DNA of 64,000 nt from NCBI GenBank assembly GCA_013287085.1, contig JABDEM010000003.1, positions 4,518 through 68,517 on the forward strand, in the 5' to 3' direction. The notes below the pieces were generated by a model. It was not told the origin of the DNA, did not search any database, and worked only from the letters and a program-made list of their open reading frames with translations. The number at the start of each line of letters is the position of its first letter. Position 1 is the stretch's first letter. Source of the stretch: Gammaproteobacteria bacterium (GTDB taxonomy: Bacteria; Pseudomonadota; Gammaproteobacteria; DSM-16500). The translations under genes were made by a program, and so were the position numbers. Below, in pieces: positions 10,029-21,582 of the stretch.

Positions 10029-12365
10029 ATGAAAATCAGTGAACAATGGGTACGAGAGTGGGTTAATCCCTCTTTAACAAGTGATGAACTTGCAGAAAAA
10101 CTGACGATGTCAGGTCTTGAAGTAGAAAGTGTTTCTCCTGTGGCGGAAAAATTTTCTAATGTTATCGTAGGGCAAATATTAACATTTGAAAAACACCCCC
10201 AAGCGGATCGATTAAATATTTGTTTAGTCAATGTCGGAGACAATAAATTAAGTATTGTTTGCGGAGCTAAAAATGTACGGGAAGAAATGAAAGTCGCTGT
10301 TGCGACAGAAGGCGCAAAATTGCCTCATTTAACAATAGAAAAAACTGAAATTCGTGGTGTGGCATCACAGGGTATGCTGTGTTCATTAAAAGATTTAGGG
10401 TTGGCCGATGAATCTACGGGTCTACAAGAATTACCCATCGACGCACCTTTAGGCGCCGCAGTTTGGGATTATTTGCATTTATCAGATCAGATTTTAGATA
10501 TTAATATTACCCCCAATCGCGGGGATTGTTTGAGTGTGCTAGGACTTTCTAAAGAGATAGTTGCTTTAACCGGCGCGAAATTAAATTCTATCGCGACTAA
10601 AAAAATAAAACCTTTACTTTCCGATACTTTAGCAGTGGAAGTTCAGGCGCAAGTTGAATGCCCGCGTTATGTGGGACGCGTGATTAAGGGTATTAAAGCC
10701 GATGCGCTCACGCCCATTTGGATACAAGAACGATTACGTCGTAGCGGTATCCGTAGTATTTCACCCGTCGTCGATGTGATGAATTATGTCATGTTGGAAT
10801 TAGGCCAGCCCATGCACGCGTTTGATCTATCTAAAATTAAAGACGGCATTTGTGTTCGCACTGCGAATAAAGGCGAAAGCTTATTGTTATTAGATGGAAA
10901 TACGGCTGATTTAACCAAAGATACTTTAATCATTGCCGATCGCGAAAAACCTTTAGCCATCGCGGGCGTTATGGGCGGGATGGATTCGGGTGTTACTTTA
11001 TTAACTCAAGATATCTTTTTAGAAAGCGCTTATTTTAATTCTGCAACCATTGCAAAAGCGGTGCGGTTTTATCATTTCAATTCTGAATCTTCGCAACGTT
11101 ATGAGCGGGGCATTGATCCCGATATTCAACATTTAGCCATTGAACGGGCTACAGAATTATTGTTACCAATAGTAGGCGGCAAAGCGGGTCCTATTGTTGA
11201 GAGAATGAATGAAGATGCCTTACCTCACAAACCTGTTATTTCTTTACGAAAAGCAAGAATTGCTAAATTTCTAGGTCTTGAAATAGAAGATAAAGAAATA
11301 ATATCTATTTTAGAAAGATTAGAGTTTGAGTGTAAAAAAACAAAAGAAGGGTGGTCCGTAACAGTTCCGACCCGTCGCCCTGATATTGCTCTGGAGGTCG
11401 ATTTAATTGAAGAAATCGTCAGGATTTACGGTTTTGATAAAGTTCCTTGTCATCTTTCCACAGTCCAATTATCGTGTGCGCCTTGCCCTGAAGATAAAAT
11501 TACTTTAAATGCGTTGCGTCATTCTCTTTGTGATTTAGGTTACCAAGAAGTGATTACTTATAGTTTTATAGCGCCAGAATTACAGACTTTATTGGACCCT
11601 AATAATACCCCTAAGAGTTTAGTAAACCCTATTACGTCTGATATGGTAGCCATGCGAACTTCTCTTTGGCCGGGTTTGATTAATACACTGCTTTATAACC
11701 AGAACCGCCAACAGACTAGAATACGAATTTTTGAGACGGGTTTAAGATTTCTTAAACAACAAGAGCCGACGCTTGCTGGGTTAATTTGTGGGAATGCTTA
11801 TCCTATACAGTGGGGAATAAAAGATCGCGTAGCAGATTTTTTTGATCTTAAGGGTGATTTAGAAAGTTTAGCAGATTTAAGCTTTAAACCAGGAAGCCAT
11901 CCCGCTTTGCATTCGGGTCAAACGGCTATGATTTATCATGAGGATCAAGCGATAGGCATCATGGGGGCATTACACCCAGAGTTAGCACAAAAACTCGATA
12001 TTCAGGGCAAAGTTTACCTATTTGAATTGGCCCTAGAACCCTTGCTAAAAACTCCTATTCCTAAAGCTAAAGAGATCTCAAAGTTCCCCGAAATTCGAAG
12101 GGATTTGGCCCTATTGATTGATAAGGCTGTACCAGTTCAGGCAATTTCAGATACAATCAAAGAGGTAGCAGGTACGTATTTAAGAGAAGTCTACGTATTT
12201 GATATATATGAAGGAAAAGGAATTACGGCGGATCAAAAAAGTGTGGCTTTGGCTTTGACGCTGCAACATTCTTCACGTACTCTTATAGATGAAGAGATTG
12301 CAGAATTGATGGACCAAATCATTGCTGCTCTTAAAACTAGATTTGCTGCTGAACTAAGGGGCTAA
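10029..12365 (+). CDS. pheT: Phenylalanine--tRNA ligase beta subunit
   Basis: MKISEQWVREWVNP N-terminus, tRNA-binding domain, B3/4 and B5 domains. 778 aa, immediately downstream of pheS. Confidence 0.96.
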   Translation: MKISEQWVREWVNPSLTSDELAEKLTMSGLEVESVSPVAEKFSNVIVGQILTFEKHPQADRLNICLVNVGDNKLSIVCGAKNVREEMKVAVATEGAKLPHLTIEKTEIRGVASQGMLCSLKDLGLADESTGLQELPIDAPLGAAVWDYLHLSDQILDINITPNRGDCLSVLGLSKEIVALTGAKLNSIATKKIKPLLSDTLAVEVQAQVECPRYVGRVIKGIKADALTPIWIQERLRRSGIRSISPVVDVMNYVMLELGQPMHAFDLSKIKDGICVRTANKGESLLLLDGNTADLTKDTLIIADREKPLAIAGVMGGMDSGVTLLTQDIFLESAYFNSATIAKAVRFYHFNSESSQRYERGIDPDIQHLAIERATELLLPIVGGKAGPIVERMNEDALPHKPVISLRKARIAKFLGLEIEDKEIISILERLEFECKKTKEGWSVTVPTRRPDIALEVDLIEEIVRIYGFDKVPCHLSTVQLSCAPCPEDKITLNALRHSLCDLGYQEVITYSFIAPELQTLLDPNNTPKSLVNPITSDMVAMRTSLWPGLINTLLYNQNRQQTRIRIFETGLRFLKQQEPTLAGLICGNAYPIQWGIKDRVADFFDLKGDLESLADLSFKPGSHPALHSGQTAMIYHEDQAIGIMGALHPELAQKLDIQGKVYLFELALEPLLKTPIPKAKEISKFPEIRRDLALLIDKAVPVQAISDTIKEVAGTYLREVYVFDIYEGKGITADQKSVALALTLQHSSRTLIDEEIAELMDQIIAALKTRFAAELRG

Positions 12366-12368
12366 GAT

Positions 12369-12692
12369 ATGACATTAACAAAGGCAGAGTTAGCTGAAAA
12401 TCTGTTCCAACAGATTGGTATTACCAAGCGAGAGGCCAAGGAAATTGTTGAGTCGTTTTTTGAAAGAATCTGTAAAGCACTCGAAACTGGACAACATGTG
12501 AAACTGTCTGGCTTTGGCAATTTCGAATTACATGATAAAGCTGAGCGACCCGGACGAAATCCAAAAACAGGAGAAGTGATTCCTGTGACAGCTCGTCGAG
12601 TGGTGACTTTTCGCAGCGGTCAAAAACTGAGGGCTCGAGTAGAGTCTCATGCAGGGAAGAAAGCCAAAGATGACCAGCGCGATAAAGAGTGA
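12369..12692 (+). CDS. ihfA: Integration host factor alpha subunit
   Basis: [12 protein letters not shown]...[22 protein letters not shown], the HU/IHF fold. Conserved position after pheT. Confidence 0.93.
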   Translation: MTLTKAELAENLFQQIGITKREAKEIVESFFERICKALETGQHVKLSGFGNFELHDKAERPGRNPKTGEVIPVTARRVVTFRSGQKLRARVESHAGKKAKDDQRDKE

Positions 12693-13053
12693 GCAACGTA
12701 AGTTAGCAACCCATTTGCTTCCACCCATTCCCGATAAACGCTATTTTAGCATTGGCGAGGTGGGTTTATTATGTGCGGTTAAACCACATGTATTGCGCTA
12801 CTGGGAGCAAGAGTTTCCATTACAATTAAAACCTGCTAAACGTCGTGGTAATAGAAGGTTTTATCAGTATGAAGATGTCATGGCGATTCGAAAAATTCGT
12901 CAATTGCTCTATCAGGATGGATTCACCCTAGAAGGCGCCCGAATTCAGCTGCAAGAAAACCCCAAAGAAACTCGTAAGCCACTAGAGAAAGATGCTGTCG
13001 TTAAAAAAATAATTGCCGATCTTGAAAATGTCCTAGAATTTTTGGCAACTTAA
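12670..13053 (+). CDS. MerR-family transcriptional regulator (conserved ihfA-downstream type)
   Basis: Helix-turn-helix [25 protein letters not shown]...[19 protein letters not shown]. The start is taken at ATG 12670; the track start is 12649. It overlaps the ihfA 3' end. Confidence 0.8.
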   Translation: MTSAIKSEQRKLATHLLPPIPDKRYFSIGEVGLLCAVKPHVLRYWEQEFPLQLKPAKRRGNRRFYQYEDVMAIRKIRQLLYQDGFTLEGARIQLQENPKETRKPLEKDAVVKKIIADLENVLEFLAT

Positions 13054-13072
13054 GGTTATCTTATGGGCCATT

Positions 13073-13146
13073 CGGGGCGTGGCGCAGCCTGGTAGCGCAC
13101 TTGCATGGGGCGCAAGGGGTCGTCGGTTCAAATCCGGTCGTCCCGA
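13073..13146 (+). tRNA. tRNA-Pro (anticodon GGG)
   Basis: Acceptor CGGGGCG/CGTCCCG, D-arm GCGC-AGCCTGGTA-GCGC, anticodon arm CTTGC-ATGGGGC-GCAAG, T-arm GTCGG-TTCAAAT-CCGGT. CCA is not encoded. Confidence 0.9.
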
Positions 13147-13176
13147 TCAATCACTTCCTAAGTAAAGGATTACATT

Positions 13177-14841
13177 TTGGAAAAGATATGGTTAAAACAT
13201 TATCCTAAAGATGTACCCGCAGAGATCAATCCAGATCGTTATCAATCCCTGATCCAAATATTTGAAGAAACTTGCTGGTCTTTCCCTGATCGTCCTGCTT
13301 TTTATAATATGGGAACAACGCTTAACTTTAGTGAGGTTGAAAGTTATTCGCGCGCGATGGCGGCTTATTTTCAGCAAGCATTAAAGCTTTCTAAAGGCGA
13401 TCGTGTTGCCATTATGCTGCCCAATGTTTTGCAATACCCTATTGTGTTCTTTGGTGCAATAAGAGCGGGGTTAATCGTTGTTAATGTGAATCCTTTGTAT
13501 ACGGCGCCTGAATTAGTCCATCAGCTAAGAGATTCTGGTGCAGAGACGATTATTGTTTTAGAAAATTTTGCGAAAACCGTTCAAGACGCCATGACACATA
13601 CGGCTTTAAAAAATGTGATTGTTACAGAGATGGGTGATTTTTTCCCGCCCATGAAAGCTACTTTTATTCATTTTTATCTTAAATATCTAAAAAGAAAAAT
13701 TCCGCCCTATTTTATTAAGAAAATGGAAACTTTTAAGAGTGCTTTAAGCAGGGGAAAAACACTGACTTTGCAGCCGGTAGAGGTGCGCTCGGAAGATCTT
13801 GCTTTGTTGCAATATACGGGTGGGACGACGGGAGTTTCAAAAGGGGCCATGCTGACGCATCGTAATCTAGTTTCAAATATTCTCCAAGCCGATGCTTGGT
13901 TACAGAGTATTTTTAAGCACGGCAAAGAAATTGTGATTACCGCCTTGCCGCTTTATCATATTTTTTCGTTGACAGCGAATGGATTGCTGCTCTTCAAAGA
14001 AGGCGGGTTGAATGTTTTAATCACTAATCCTCGCGATCTGAAACAAACGATTTCTTCTATGGCAAAATTTGAATTTACCTCGATCACCGGAGTGAATACG
14101 CTCTTTAATGCCTTATCCAAGCAACGTAAGTTTAAAAAATTGAATTTTAAAAAACTAAAATTAAGCTTAGGCGGTGGAATGGCAGTGCAGCAAGCCGTGG
14201 CTGAGCGTTGGAAAACGATGACTGGTTGTGTTTTATTGGAAGCTTATGGGTTAACTGAGACATCTCCCGCTGTGACAATTAATCCCCCTGATTTGCAAGA
14301 TTACAATGGGACAGTAGGATTACCTATCCCCTCGACTAATATTTGCATATTCGATGATGATGGGCATGAGCTTTCTGTCAATCAACCCGGTGAGTTGGCG
14401 GTCAAAGGCCCGCAAGTCATGTTAGGTTATTGGAATAATCCTGCAGAAACAGAGAAAGTCTTTACTAAAGACGGTTGGTTATTAACAGGAGATATTGCTC
14501 TCATTAACCCTGAGGGCTTTGTGCGTATTTTAGAACGAAAAAAAGACATGATTTTAGTCTCCGGATTTAATGTTTATCCCAACGAAATTGAGGATATTTT
14601 GATGCAAATTCCGGGGGTGCATGAGGCGGCGGTGATAGGCGTTCCAGATGAAAGATCGGGTGAGGCGGTGAAAGCTTTTATTGTTAAAAATGACCCTAAT
14701 TTAACCATTCATGATGTCATCGAAGGCTGTCGTAAAATGCTGACCGGTTATAAGTTACCAAAGCACGTAGAATTTAGGACAGAATTGCCTAAAACCAATG
14801 TGGGTAAAATACTGCGACGGGCCCTAAAAAACCCTGTGTGA
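13177..14841 (+). CDS. fadD: Long-chain fatty acid--CoA ligase
   Basis: MEKIWLKHYPKDVPAEINPDRYQSL parallels the E. coli FadD N-terminus. AMP-binding signature YTGGTTGVSKGAMLTH. TTG start. Confidence 0.9.
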   Translation: MEKIWLKHYPKDVPAEINPDRYQSLIQIFEETCWSFPDRPAFYNMGTTLNFSEVESYSRAMAAYFQQALKLSKGDRVAIMLPNVLQYPIVFFGAIRAGLIVVNVNPLYTAPELVHQLRDSGAETIIVLENFAKTVQDAMTHTALKNVIVTEMGDFFPPMKATFIHFYLKYLKRKIPPYFIKKMETFKSALSRGKTLTLQPVEVRSEDLALLQYTGGTTGVSKGAMLTHRNLVSNILQADAWLQSIFKHGKEIVITALPLYHIFSLTANGLLLFKEGGLNVLITNPRDLKQTISSMAKFEFTSITGVNTLFNALSKQRKFKKLNFKKLKLSLGGGMAVQQAVAERWKTMTGCVLLEAYGLTETSPAVTINPPDLQDYNGTVGLPIPSTNICIFDDDGHELSVNQPGELAVKGPQVMLGYWNNPAETEKVFTKDGWLLTGDIALINPEGFVRILERKKDMILVSGFNVYPNEIEDILMQIPGVHEAAVIGVPDERSGEAVKAFIVKNDPNLTIHDVIEGCRKMLTGYKLPKHVEFRTELPKTNVGKILRRALKNPV

Positions 14842-14854
14842 TTGGCACTGAACA

Positions 14855-14863
14855 TGCTATAAT
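14855..14863 (+). promoter_or_regulatory. Putative extended -10 promoter element upstream of gyrA
   Basis: TGcTATAAT at 14855-14863, 39 nt upstream of the gyrA ATG. No good -35 is present. Pattern only. Confidence 0.3.
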
Positions 14864-14901
14864 TTTGCGTCGATAATCATGCAAGAAAAAATCAAATTCC
14901 T

Positions 14902-17451
14902 ATGGAAAACCTAATAGCAAAAGAGATCCAAAAAGTAAGCCTAGAAGATGAATTAAAACAATCTTACTTAGATTATGCCATGAGCGTTATTATCGGGCGG
15001 GCATTGCCTGATGTGCGCGATGGTCTGAAGCCTGTGCATAGACGTGTTCTTTATGCTATGTACCAGGTAAGTAATGATTGGAATAAGCCCCATAAGAAAT
15101 CAGCCCGTATCGTGGGTGATGTCATTGGTAAATACCATCCTCATGGTGAAAGTGCTATTTACGATACTATCGTACGTATGGCGCAACATTTTTCTATGCG
15201 TTATATGCTAGTCGATGGCCAAGGAAATTTCGGTTCAGTGGATGGTGATTCGCCTGCTGCTATGCGTTATACCGAAGTTCGTATGTCTAAATTGGCCCAT
15301 AGTTTGTTGGCTGATCTTGAAAAAGAAACCGTAGACCGAGTCCCTAATTATGACGAAACCGAAATGGTTCCCGTTGTATTACCTACTCAGGTTCCCAATT
15401 TATTAATTAATGGCTCCTCAGGAATTGCTGTAGGGATGGCCACTAATATCCCAACGCATAATTTAACTGAAGTCGTTAATGCTTGTATTGCGATGATTGA
15501 TAATCCTGAGCTTACGATTGAGCAAATTTTACAATTCATTCCGGGTCCAGATTTTCCAACGGCGGGGATTATTCATGGCAGAAGCGGCATTGTAGAGGGC
15601 TACAGAACAGGTCGTGGCCGTGTCGTCATTCGTGGCCGTACTCATATAGAAACCGACGAAAAATCCGGTAAAGAACGCATTATTGTGACCGAGCTTCCTT
15701 ACCAAGTGAATAAAGCGAGATTAATTGAGCGTATAGCGGAATTAGTCAAAGAAAAGAAAATTGAAGGTATTACTAATTTACGCGATGAATCTGATAAAGA
15801 TGGCATGCGTATGGTGATTGAGTTACGTCGTGGTGAAAACAACGAAGTCATGCTCAATAATCTTTATGTGCATACCCAATTACAAAACGTATTTGGTATC
15901 AATATGGTGGCTTTAGTTGATGGCCAACCTAAAGTTTTAAATATCCGAGAGATGATTGATGCGTTTATTCGTCATCGTCGCGAAGTAGTTACCCGCCGCA
16001 CTATTTTTGATTTAAGAAAAGCAAAAGAAAGAGCGCATATTTTAGAAGGTTTAGCGGTTGCTCTAGCTAACATTGATGAAATGATCGTTTTAATTAAGAA
16101 AGCCAAAGATCCTCATGAGGCAAAAGCGGCTTTGATGAAACAAGTTTGGCAGCCTACAAAAGTGATAGCGATGCTTTCCCGTGTGGGAGTTGAACGAGAA
16201 GGCGAGCTTATGGTTCAAGTTCGTTATGGATTGGCGGATGATGGTTATTATTTATCGCCTGAGCAAGCTCAATCTATTTTAGAAATGCGTTTGCATCGTT
16301 TAACAGGGCTAGAGCAAGATAAAATTACTAGTGAACACAAAGACTTACAGGCTTTAATTCAAGATTTAAATGAGATATTGGCAAGCCCGACCCGCTTGAT
16401 GCAAGTGATTCGTGATGAATTATTAGCAATCAGAGAAGAGTTTGGCGATGCAAGACGCACCGAAATTATTGAAGATGCGGGCGACTTCAATATGGAAGAT
16501 TTAGTTCCTAAAGAAGAAATGGTCGTGACCATGTCACATGAAGGCTATATCAAGACTCAGCCACTTTCTTTATATCAAGCACAACACAGAGGCGGCAGAG
16601 GAAAATCTGCCACTCACGTCAAAGAAGAAGATTTTGTGGATTATTTATTAGTCGCACAAAGTCACGATACGATTTTATGTTTCTCTAATATCGGTAAAGT
16701 TTATTGGCTTAAAGTCTATCAACTTCCACAAGCTGGACGTAATTCTCGTGGCAGACCGATTATTAATTTATTGCCACTCTCTGAAAATGAAAAAATTAAT
16801 GCTATTTTGCCGGTTCGTGAATACCAAGAAAATCAATTTGTGTTCATGGTCACAGCGCAAGGTATTGTGAAGAAAGTGGCTTTAACTGATTTTTCTCGTC
16901 CTCGTAGCAATGGCATCATTGCGGTTGAGTTAGCTGATGGGGATCGATTAATTGGTGTTGCCATTACCGATGGCAAACAAGAAGTGATGTTATTTACTAA
17001 TGCAGGGAAAGTTATACGCTTCTCTGAAGATGAAGTACGCTGCATGGGTCGAACGGCTCGTGGGGTGCGTGGTATTAAGTTGCAAGAAGGACAGCGTGTT
17101 ATTTCTTTAATCGTTGCATCCGAACAAGGGGATATCTTAACCGCTACTGAACAGGGCTATGGTAAACGTTCTCCTATGGATGACCATCGATTAACCGGAC
17201 GATCAGCACAAGGCGTTATTGCTATTCAAGTGAGTGAGCGCAATGGCCAAGTGGTCGGTGCTATACAAGTTAATCCAGAAGATGAAGTCATGTTGATTAC
17301 TAATAAGGGCACTTTAGTTAGAACCCACGTGAAAGAAATTTCACTGGTAGGCCGTAATGCGCAAGGGGTGCGTTTAATTAGTTTAACCAATGGCGAATTG
17401 CTAGTGGGCATAGAAAGAATTGCGACGCTTAAAGGGGAAGGCGAGGAATGA
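14902..17451 (+). CDS. gyrA: DNA gyrase subunit A
   Basis: [32 protein letters not shown], the active-site region AAMRYTE, and [16 protein letters not shown]-terminal beta-pinwheel repeats. 849 aa. Confidence 0.97.
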   Translation: MENLIAKEIQKVSLEDELKQSYLDYAMSVIIGRALPDVRDGLKPVHRRVLYAMYQVSNDWNKPHKKSARIVGDVIGKYHPHGESAIYDTIVRMAQHFSMRYMLVDGQGNFGSVDGDSPAAMRYTEVRMSKLAHSLLADLEKETVDRVPNYDETEMVPVVLPTQVPNLLINGSSGIAVGMATNIPTHNLTEVVNACIAMIDNPELTIEQILQFIPGPDFPTAGIIHGRSGIVEGYRTGRGRVVIRGRTHIETDEKSGKERIIVTELPYQVNKARLIERIAELVKEKKIEGITNLRDESDKDGMRMVIELRRGENNEVMLNNLYVHTQLQNVFGINMVALVDGQPKVLNIREMIDAFIRHRREVVTRRTIFDLRKAKERAHILEGLAVALANIDEMIVLIKKAKDPHEAKAALMKQVWQPTKVIAMLSRVGVEREGELMVQVRYGLADDGYYLSPEQAQSILEMRLHRLTGLEQDKITSEHKDLQALIQDLNEILASPTRLMQVIRDELLAIREEFGDARRTEIIEDAGDFNMEDLVPKEEMVVTMSHEGYIKTQPLSLYQAQHRGGRGKSATHVKEEDFVDYLLVAQSHDTILCFSNIGKVYWLKVYQLPQAGRNSRGRPIINLLPLSENEKINAILPVREYQENQFVFMVTAQGIVKKVALTDFSRPRSNGIIAVELADGDRLIGVAITDGKQEVMLFTNAGKVIRFSEDEVRCMGRTARGVRGIKLQEGQRVISLIVASEQGDILTATEQGYGKRSPMDDHRLTGRSAQGVIAIQVSERNGQVVGAIQVNPEDEVMLITNKGTLVRTHVKEISLVGRNAQGVRLISLTNGELLVGIERIATLKGEGEE

Positions 17452-18134
17452 GTCAAAAACAGCCCGTCATAACCATTGATGGGGCGAGTGGAACAGGTAA
17501 AGGAGTCGTCAGTCAGTTAGTAGCAAAGCAATTGGGATGGCAATTATTAGATAGCGGAGCGCTTTATAGAGTGCTCGCTTTAGCGGCTCAGAAACATGGG
17601 GTGGCTCTGGATAATGAACCTTCTTTAGCTATATTGGCTGAACACTTAGACGTACAATTCGTTGCAACTGAAACCGGCATGCCGCCTGAAGTTTTGCTGG
17701 AAAGTGAAGATGTTACGGATGTTATTCGTACTGAAAAAATGGGCAATGCCGCCTCAAAAGTCAGTGTTTTCCCCTCAGTAAGACAAGCCTTATTAAGCCG
17801 CCAACGGACTTTTCAAGAGCCTCCGGGTCTCGTTGCCGATGGGCGCGATATGGGCACGGTGGTGTTCCCTGATGCTGAGTTAAAAATCTTCTTAATAGCG
17901 AGCCCAGAAGAGCGGGCAGAGCGCCGTTATAATCAGTTGAAGGAAAAAGGTATTAATGTTAACCTAAGCGACCTTATTCAGGAGCTATATGAGCGCGATA
18001 AAAGAGATCAAGAGCGCCCAGTAGCCCCTTTAAAGCCGGCAGATGATGCGATTTGTATTGATACGGATCATCTCACTATAGAAGAAGTAGTGGGGGCTAT
18101 TTTGTCGGAATGGCGACGATACGGGGCAACCTAG
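17448..18134 (+). CDS. cmk: Cytidylate kinase
   Basis: P-loop [16 protein letters not shown] overlap with the gyrA stop. Confidence 0.93.
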   Translation: MSQKQPVITIDGASGTGKGVVSQLVAKQLGWQLLDSGALYRVLALAAQKHGVALDNEPSLAILAEHLDVQFVATETGMPPEVLLESEDVTDVIRTEKMGNAASKVSVFPSVRQALLSRQRTFQEPPGLVADGRDMGTVVFPDAELKIFLIASPEERAERRYNQLKEKGINVNLSDLIQELYERDKRDQERPVAPLKPADDAICIDTDHLTIEEVVGAILSEWRRYGAT

Positions 18135-18174
18135 TATCGTTTTTTTATTAACTAACCTGTTCTTAGAGAGTAAT

Positions 18175-19884
18175 ATGGCTGATAGTTTTCAAAAGTTGTT
18201 TGAGCAAAGTCTAAAAGAAACCCCCATGGTCCCAGGGACCGTCATCACCGCAGTAATCGAACGTATTGAATCTGATTTTGTGGTTGTAAACTCTGGATTG
18301 AAATCCGAATCTTATATTCCAATTGATCAATTTTATAATGAAAATCGTCAAATTGAAGTATCAGTTGGAGACGAAGTTAAAGTTGCTCTAGAAACCCTAG
18401 AAGATGGATTTGGCGCTACACGTCTTTCCCGTGAACGTGCGAAGCGTTTAGAATCCTGGCTTGACTTAGAACAAGCTTATTTAAATAAAGAAACCGTACG
18501 TGGTGTAATCCAAGGCCGTGTTAAAGGCGGATTCACCGTTGAAGTTAATAAAATCCGCGCATTCTTACCAGGCTCCTTGGTTGATGTTAAACCTGTCAGA
18601 GACCCTGAATCTCTAGAAGGCAAAGAATTTGATTTCAAAGTTATTAAAATTGATGCTAAACGTAATAATATTGTTGTTTCCAGACGCTCTGCGATGGAAG
18701 CTGAAAATAGCGTTGAGCGCCAAACATTATTAGAAAACTTAAATGAAGGCGATGAAGTCAAAGGCATAGTCAAAAACCTTACCGATTACGGCGCATTTAT
18801 TGATTTAGGTAGCGTTGATGGTTTGTTACATATTACTGACATGTCCTGGAAACGTATCAAACACCCAAGCGAAATTCTCGCGATTGGTGATGAAATCAAA
18901 GTTAAAATTCTTAAAATTGACCGCGATAATGCACGGGTATCTTTAGGCTTAAAGCAAATGGGTAATGATCCATGGGCTTATATTGCTGAGCGTTTCCCAG
19001 TTGGCAAACGATTATCTGGCAAAGTCACTAATATTACCGATTACGGTTGCTTCGTTGAACTTGAAGAAGGCATCGAAGGTTTAGTCCACGTTTCAGAAAT
19101 GGATTGGACTAATAAGAACGTTAATCCAAATAAAGTCGTTCACTTAGGTCAAGAAGTCGATGTTATTGTATTAGACATAGACGGCGATCGCAGACGTATT
19201 TCCCTAGGCATGAAACAATGCCAAGCAAATCCATGGGAAGAGTTTGCTAAAGGCCACCAAAAAGGTGAAAAAATCGTTGGTAAAATTAAATCGATTACCG
19301 ATTTCGGTGTATTCATTGGCTTGGATGGCGGTATCGATGGCTTAATCCATCTTTCCGATATCTCTTGGAATGAAGCCGAAGCTCAAGAAAAAATCCGTCA
19401 GTTCCAAAAGAATGATGAGTTGGAAACTATCATCATTACGATTGATGCTGAACGTGAACGTATTTCTTTAGGCTTAAAACAATTAGCGGATGATCCAGTC
19501 ACTCGTTATTTAAACGAAAATGAAAAAGGATCACAAGTATCAGGCACAGTAGTTGAAGCAGATGCAAAAGCTTATGTGATTGAGCTTGCTGAAAATGTTC
19601 GCGGTGTTCTACGTGCAACAGATGTAGTGCAAGACAAAACGTTTAATGTCGGTGATACAGTTGAAGCTAAATTAACAGGCACGGATCGTAAGACTCATCA
19701 AATTACGCTTTCAATGAAAACGAAAGAAACCGCCGCTTCTAAAAAAGCAGCAGCTGGTGCTGAAGCAACACCGAAAGCAGCGAAAAAGAAAAAATCAGCT
19801 GATAGTCCGTTAAAGACTACGTTGGGAGATATATTGAAAGAACAAATGAATGGTAATAACACGGAAGACGGAGAAGATAAATAA
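18175..19884 (+). CDS. rpsA: 30S ribosomal protein S1
   Basis: Six S1 repeats (e.g. [48 protein letters not shown]). 569 aa. Confidence 0.97.
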   Translation: MADSFQKLFEQSLKETPMVPGTVITAVIERIESDFVVVNSGLKSESYIPIDQFYNENRQIEVSVGDEVKVALETLEDGFGATRLSRERAKRLESWLDLEQAYLNKETVRGVIQGRVKGGFTVEVNKIRAFLPGSLVDVKPVRDPESLEGKEFDFKVIKIDAKRNNIVVSRRSAMEAENSVERQTLLENLNEGDEVKGIVKNLTDYGAFIDLGSVDGLLHITDMSWKRIKHPSEILAIGDEIKVKILKIDRDNARVSLGLKQMGNDPWAYIAERFPVGKRLSGKVTNITDYGCFVELEEGIEGLVHVSEMDWTNKNVNPNKVVHLGQEVDVIVLDIDGDRRRISLGMKQCQANPWEEFAKGHQKGEKIVGKIKSITDFGVFIGLDGGIDGLIHLSDISWNEAEAQEKIRQFQKNDELETIIITIDAERERISLGLKQLADDPVTRYLNENEKGSQVSGTVVEADAKAYVIELAENVRGVLRATDVVQDKTFNVGDTVEAKLTGTDRKTHQITLSMKTKETAASKKAAAGAEATPKAAKKKKSADSPLKTTLGDILKEQMNGNNTEDGEDK

Positions 19885-19936
19885 TCTCTGTACCCTGAAA
19901 TTCCAGGCATTTATATCTGCCAGTGATCTGTAGAGA

Positions 19937-19977
19937 AAACGGTATCAGCTTGAATAAGGCTATACCGTTTTTTTATT
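19937..19977 (+). terminator. Rho-independent terminator after rpsA
   Basis: AAACGGTAT ... ATACCGTTT stem (9 bp, 16-nt loop) followed by a T-run (TTTTTTTATTT). Confidence 0.7.
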
Positions 19978-20005
19978 TGTAATTCGCCATAAGGAGAGTT
20001 TTGGC

Positions 20006-20296
20006 ATGCGGATGTTAAGTTATATTTTTCTTTTCTTGCTGATCTTAATCGGCATTTCTTTCGCCACTTTAAATTCTAATCTCGTCACCGTAAATTATTA
20101 TGTTGGGCAGCATGATTATCCTTTATCTCTGGTTGTGATTTGTTCTTTTATAGCCGGGGGATTGGCTGGCATGATCGTCGGTTTTTGGATGGTGCTGAAT
20201 GCCAAGCTTAAAGTATATCGTTTAAAACAACGGCTTAAATTAGCCAATAAAGAAATAGAAAATTTACGTGCAATTCCGCTACAGGATAAACACTGA
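20006..20296 (+). CDS. lapA: Lipopolysaccharide assembly protein LapA (YciS, DUF1049)
   Basis: 96-aa two-TM protein followed by a C-terminal coiled-coil, immediately upstream of lapB. GGAGAG RBS. Confidence 0.8.
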   Translation: MRMLSYIFLFLLILIGISFATLNSNLVTVNYYVGQHDYPLSLVVICSFIAGGLAGMIVGFWMVLNAKLKVYRLKQRLKLANKEIENLRAIPLQDKH

Positions 20297-21466
20297 ATGT
20301 CATTGGAATGGGTACTTTTAGTTTTTTCAGCAGCCGTCTGCGCTTGGTACGTGGGTTTTCGTTCACGTCATAGCGGTGATGACTTCGGTGTCAAAAAAAT
20401 TAATTTACCCCGTGATTACTTAGTCGGCTTAAATTTCTTATTAAACGAAGAACAAGACAAAGCGGTCGATGTTTTCATCAAAATGCTAGAAGTCGATAGC
20501 GATACGGTTGAAACTCATTTAGCCGTTGCAAAATTATTTCGTAAACGCGGTGAAGTAGACAGGGCCATTCGTATTCATCAAAATCTTATCGCAAGACCGC
20601 AACTCGAAAAAATTTATCGCGAACAGTCTTTATATGAACTGGGTCAAGATTATTTAAGCGCGGGGGTGTTAGATCGCGCTGAAAGAATTTTTATAGAATT
20701 AGCAGACACCAAAGAATTTTCCATACGTGCCTTAAAAGCCTTATTAGATATTTATCAACAAGAAAAATCTTGGGAAAATGCGATCAAAGCTGCCCAACGA
20801 TTAGCGTCATTAACCAAACAAAACATGGATGCCATGATCGCAAATCAATATTGCGAGTTAGCAGAAAATCTTTTCAGTGAGGGTCAAATCGATGCCGCTC
20901 ACCGAGCCTTAAAAGATGCCTTAAGCTCCAATCGTAATTGCGCACGCGCCAGTATCTTACAAGCCAAAATTGAAATGCATCAAGAAAATTATCGCGCCGC
21001 CTTAAGAAGTTTAAAACGCATTCGTTATCAAAATATTGCCTATTTTTCTGAAGCCATTGAGCCACTCGCGGTTTGTTATGAAAAACTGGGTGAAGAAGAA
21101 AAAATGGTGCGTTATTTACGGAAAATTCTAGAAGAATTCCCAAGAATCCCCATTGTGCTCATTCTTTCTGAGCGTATTCGTCAATGGAAAGGCGATAAAG
21201 TCGCTGCAAACTTTGTCGCCGATTACGTACGCCGTTATCCTTCTTTAGATGGCTTGCATTTATTTTTAAATATTTATTTAAACAACCTTGAAGTACGCGC
21301 TAAAAATGATTTATTGATTGTTCACGGGTTAATTAAAAAATTACTCGCTGAAAAACCCAATTACCAATGCGTGTCTTGTGGTTATTCGGGTAATACCTTG
21401 CTTTGGCAGTGCCCGGGGTGTAGGCAGTGGGAATCGGTAAAGCCGGTGCATAGTTTGGATACATAA
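20297..21466 (+). CDS. lapB: Lipopolysaccharide assembly protein LapB (YciM), TPR + rubredoxin-type zinc finger
   Basis: N-terminal TM, TPR repeats, and C-terminal CVSCGYSG...WQCPGCRQWESVKP. The start abuts the lapA stop. Confidence 0.9.
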   Translation: MSLEWVLLVFSAAVCAWYVGFRSRHSGDDFGVKKINLPRDYLVGLNFLLNEEQDKAVDVFIKMLEVDSDTVETHLAVAKLFRKRGEVDRAIRIHQNLIARPQLEKIYREQSLYELGQDYLSAGVLDRAERIFIELADTKEFSIRALKALLDIYQQEKSWENAIKAAQRLASLTKQNMDAMIANQYCELAENLFSEGQIDAAHRALKDALSSNRNCARASILQAKIEMHQENYRAALRSLKRIRYQNIAYFSEAIEPLAVCYEKLGEEEKMVRYLRKILEEFPRIPIVLILSERIRQWKGDKVAANFVADYVRRYPSLDGLHLFLNIYLNNLEVRAKNDLLIVHGLIKKLLAEKPNYQCVSCGYSGNTLLWQCPGCRQWESVKPVHSLDT

Positions 21467-21582
21467 ATCTGCGTTTTTAATAGTTTTATCAAATATTTAC
21501 ATAATTTTTTAATCTTTGACACGAATCTCCCTTTTATGCCATAATTGTGCAATTAATAACCAAGATGGGTTAGGTGTTAAGA

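Noticed and set aside
14902..15200. gyrA QRDR checked for quinolone-resistance substitutions
   Set aside because: The region reads [11 protein letters not shown]. The positions equivalent to E. coli Ser83 and Asp87 are Ser and Asp, so there is no evidence of resistance. The Asp82-to-Glu and Val85-to-Ile differences look like lineage variation.
21467..21582. Search for PmrA-type (TTAATATT direct repeat) or similar effector-regulon boxes upstream of the orphan genes (also checked at 46352-46523 and 59019-59116)
   Set aside because: Only loose A/T-rich resemblances were found, for example TTAATCTT. No properly spaced tandem repeat could be supported by eye.
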